The translations under genes and the position numbers were made by a program. This document shows, piece by piece, positions 60,170 through 64,000 of a stretch of DNA of 64,000 bases. This stretch comes from Mobula hypostoma (taxonomy: Eukaryota): positions 104,596,001-104,660,000 of the forward strand of contig NC_086107.1 of NCBI RefSeq assembly GCF_963921235.1, written 5' to 3'. Under the pieces are notes generated by a model. That model was not told where the DNA came from, did no database searches, and saw only the letters and a list, made by a program, of their open reading frames with translations. How positions within the stretch are numbered: the first letter of the stretch is position 1; each line of letters opens with the position of its first letter.

Positions 60170-63100
60170 GAAGTTGGTTAATAACAGGTGTTCTAAAGAA
60201 AACCTAAAGAGGATCCAAGACGTCACAAACTGATTGCAGGGCATCCTCAAGGGTGAAGGTGAACAGCCGGAAGTGGTGGTGCATGTGACGTCGGGAGGAT
60301 GAGGAAAGAAATTCTGCAGCGTGACTTCAGAGAACTCGAAAGAAGCCTGAAAAGCAGGACCTCCAGGGTGGTTATCTCCGGTTTGCTTCCAGTTCCTTGT
60401 GCTGGTGAGGACAGGAACAGGAAGATAGGAGATCTGAATGTGTGGCTGAGGAGCTTGTGCAGGAGGCAGGGATTTAGATTCTTGGACCACTGGGATCTGT
60501 TTTGGGGTAAGAATGAATTGTACAGAAGGGACGGGTTGCATCTTAACAGACGGGGGACCAGCATTCTGGCAGGCAGGTTTGTTACTGCTACACGGGCGTG
60601 TTTAAAGTAAGTAGTGGGGCGGGGGGGGGGGATGAACTGGAAATATAAAGGTGGAGTTAAAGGAAAAGAGAGAATAAGAAAAGTTAAGAAAGACGACAGA
60701 ATTAACAGGTCAGAAAGCTCAGGAAGAATCGGAGAGTATGGCCAAGTGCAATAGAAATTGATGTGAAAGGTGAGGGGAGTAAAAGTATTATTTTAAATGG
60801 ATTAAAAGTATTATATATGAATGCACGGAGTATAAGAAATAAAGTGGATGAGCTTGAGGCTCAGTTGGAAATTGGCAAGTATGATGTGTGAATAACAGAG
60901 ACATGGCTGCAAGAGGACCGGGGCTGGGAAATGAATATTCAGTGATATACATCCTGTTGAAAGGACAGACATGTTGGCAGAGGGGGTGGGGTGGCTCTGT
61001 TGGTGAGGAATGATATTCAGTCACTTGCGAGGGGGGACATAGAATTAGGAGATGTAGAGTCAGTATGGATAGAACTGAGAAACTGTAAGGGCAAAAAGAC
61101 CCTAATGGGAGTTACCTACAGGCCCCCAAACAGTAGCCTGGATATAGGGTGCAAGTTAAATCAAGAGTTAAAATTGGCATGTCGCAACGATAATACTACA
61201 GTTGTTATGGGGGATTTCAACATGCAGGTAGAGTGGGGAAAATCAGGTTGGTAATGGACCCCAAGAAAGGGAGTTTGTGGAGTTCTTCAGAGGTGGATTC
61301 TTAGAGCAGCTTGTATTAGAGCCTACCAGGGAGAAGGCAATTCTGGATTTAGTGTTGTGTAATGAGCCAGATTTGATAAGGGAACTCGAGGTAAAGGAGC
61401 CATTAGGAGCTAGTGACCATAATATGATAAGTTTTAATCTACAATTTGAAAGAGAGAAGGGAAAATCGGAAGTGTCAGTATTACAGTTGAACAAAGGGGA
61501 ATATGGACCCATGAGGGAGGAGCTGGCCAAAGTTGACTGGAAAGATACCAGCAACTTTGATGTGTGTGGCTTGAATTTTCAGCACCTGTAGAATTCCTGT
61601 TGTTTGGAAAGATACCCTGGCAGGGATGACAGTGGAACAACAATGGCAGGTATTTCTGGGAATAATACAGAAGGTGCAGGATCAATTCATTCCAAAGAGG
61701 AAGAAAGATTCTAAGGGGCGACCGTGGATGACAAGGGAATTCAAGGACAGTATAAAAATAAACGAGATGAAGTATAACATAGCAAGGATTGGGAGACTTT
61801 TAAGGAGCAACAGAAGATAACTAAATAGGCAATACAGGGGGGGTGGAGGGGTGGGGAAGATGAGGTACGAAGGTAAGCTAGCCAACAATATAAAGGAGGA
61901 TAGTAAAAGCTGCTTTAGGCATGTGAAGAGGAAAAAATTAGTTAAGACCAAAGTTGGGCCCATGAAGACAGAAACAGGTGAAATTATTATGGGGAACAAG
62001 GAAGTGGCAGACGAGCTGAACAGGTAGTTTGGATCTGTCTTCACTAGGGAAGACACAAACAATCTCCCAGATGTAATAGTGGCCAGAGGATCTAGGGTAA
62101 CGGAGGAACTGAAGGAAATTCGCATTAGGCAGAAAATGGTGTTGGGCAAACTGATGCGACTGAAGGCTGATAAGTCCTCAGGACCTGATGGTCTGCATCC
62201 CAGGGTACTTAAGGAGGTGGCTCTAGAAATCGAGGATGCATTGGTAATCATTTTCCAATGTTCTATAGATTCAGGATCAGTTCCTGCGGACTAGAGGGTA
62301 GCTAATGTTATCCCACTTTTTAAGAAAGGAGGGAGAGAGAAAACAGGCAATTATAGACCAGTTAGTCTGACATCAGTGGTGGGGAAGATGCTGGAGTCAA
62401 TTATAAAAGATGAAATAGCGGCATATTTGGATAGCGGTAGCAGGATAGGTCCGAGTCAGCATGGATTTACGAAGGGGAAATCATGCTTGACTAATCTTCT
62501 GGAGTTTTTTGAGGATGTAACTATGAAAATGGACATGGGAAAGCCAGTGGATGTAGTGTACCTGGACTTTCAGAAAGCTTTTGATAAGGTCCCACGTAGG
62601 AGGTTAGTGGGCAAAATGGCACATGGTATTGGGGGTGAGGTACTGACATGGATAGAAAATTGGTTGGCAGACAGGAAACAAAGAGTAGGGATTAACGGGT
62701 CCTTTTCAGAATGGCAGGCAGTGACCAGTGGGGTACCGCAAGGCTCGGTGCTGGGACTGCAGCTATTTACAATATACATTAATGATTTAGATGAAGGGAT
62801 TAAAAGTAACATTAGCAAATTTGCAGATGACACAAAGCTGGGTGGCAGTGTGAAATGTGAGGAGGATGTTATGAGAATGCAGGGTGACTTGGGACAGGTC
62901 GGGTGAGCGGGCAGATGCATGGCAGATACAGTTTAATGTGGATAAATGTGAGGTTATCCACTTTGGTGGCAAGAACGGGAAAGCAGATTACTATCTGAAT
63001 GGTGTCAAGTTAGGAAAAGGGGAAGTACAACGAGATCTGGGTGTCCTTGTTCATCAGTCACTGAAAGTAAGCATGCAGGTACAGCCGGCAGTGAAGAAAG

Positions 63101-63843
63101 CTAATGGCATGTTGGCCTTCATAATAAGGGGAGTTGAGTATAGGAGCAAAGAGGTCCTTCTGCAGTTGTACAAGGCTCTGGTGAGACCCCACCTGGAGTA
63201 TTGTGTGCAGTTTTGGTCTCCAAATTTGAGGAAGGACATTCTTGCTATGGACGGAGTACAGCGCAGATTCACTGGTTTAATTCCAGGGATGGCGAGAATG
63301 TCATATGTTGAAAGATTGGAGCGATTGGGCTTGTATACACTGGAATTTAGAAGGATGAGAGGGGATCTGATTGAAACATATTAGATTATTAAGGGATTGG
63401 ACACACTAGAGGCAGGAAACATGTTCCGGATGTTTGGGGGGGGGGGGGTCCAGAACCAGAGGCCACAGTTTAAGAATAAGGGGTAGACCATTTAGAATGG
63501 AGTTGAGGAAAAACTTTTTCACACAGAGGGTTGTGGATCTGTGGAATGCTCTGCCTCAGAAGGTAGTGGAGGCCAATTCTCTGGATTCTTTCAAGAAAGA
63601 GTTAGATAGAGCTCTTAAAGATGGACTCAAATGCAAGAGGTACTAGAAATATAGAATGCACATCAGCATTATTGAAGAGTTAAATATTAAAAGCAGCAGA
63701 CTTGGCAGTTACTTGGAGTCAAGGGATATGGGGAGAAGGCAGGAACGGTACTGATTGTGGATGATCAGCTATGATCACAGTGAATGGTGATGCTGGCTCG
63801 AAGGGCCAAATGGCCTACTCCTGCACCTATTGTCTATTGTCTA
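60170..63843 (+). mobile_element. CR1 LINE, near full-length: ORF1 SGNH-esterase remnant, ORF2 APE-RT, microsatellite tail
   Basis: ORF1 VVISGLLPVP...FWGKNELYRRDGLHLN. ORF2 YRPPN, MGDFN, SDHN, YLDFQKAFDKV, GVPQGSVLG, KFADDTKL, VRPHLEYCVQFW. 3' (CTATTGT)n tail. Multiple frameshifts and stops. Confidence 0.92.
61550..61604 (+). mobile_element. 55-bp Penelope 3'-terminal insertion inside CR1 ORF2
   Basis: 12-bp TSD tggaaagatacc at 61538-61549 and 61605-61616. The insert matches the extreme 3' tail of the 53427 copy. Confidence 0.85.
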
Positions 63844-64000
63844 AAGCCTGCACACAATTTACTCAAAAGTAGGATTAAAATATCATGTTATCTTGTGTTG
63901 GGTAATTTACGGAAAATGAGTTATTAGTTAACAGAGGTTTTTGAAATGCATTTTTTGGCTAAAAGAATGCATTCTTTTAATAGAAATTAATGGAAACAAT

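Overview
Eukaryotic (vertebrate) genomic DNA. The repeat spectrum (Penelope, CR1, Rex1/Babar, RTE, Tc1) suggests a cartilaginous fish; that is an inference, not a verified assignment. Three host genes are supported. (1) A ZBTB45-like BTB gene on the minus strand, whose first coding exon (ATG at 598) runs off the left edge. (2) A complete four-coding-exon THAP7-like gene on the plus strand (6061-19558, 359 aa), head-to-head with the first gene across a CpG-island promoter at about 4.9-5.45 kb. (3) The first coding exon (34774-34956) of an unidentified, probably nuclear protein in a second CpG island, with no further exon recognised. Most of the rest is nested transposable elements. The most striking sequence-level system is a Penelope-like retroelement family whose 3' ends carry minimal, dimer-type hammerhead ribozyme motifs (about a dozen copies, several with an intact core). 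These elements insert with 11-13 bp TSDs, twice into the left inverted repeat of a Tc1 transposon and once as a 55-bp remnant. All analysis was by eye. Repeat boundaries without a TSD are approximate.
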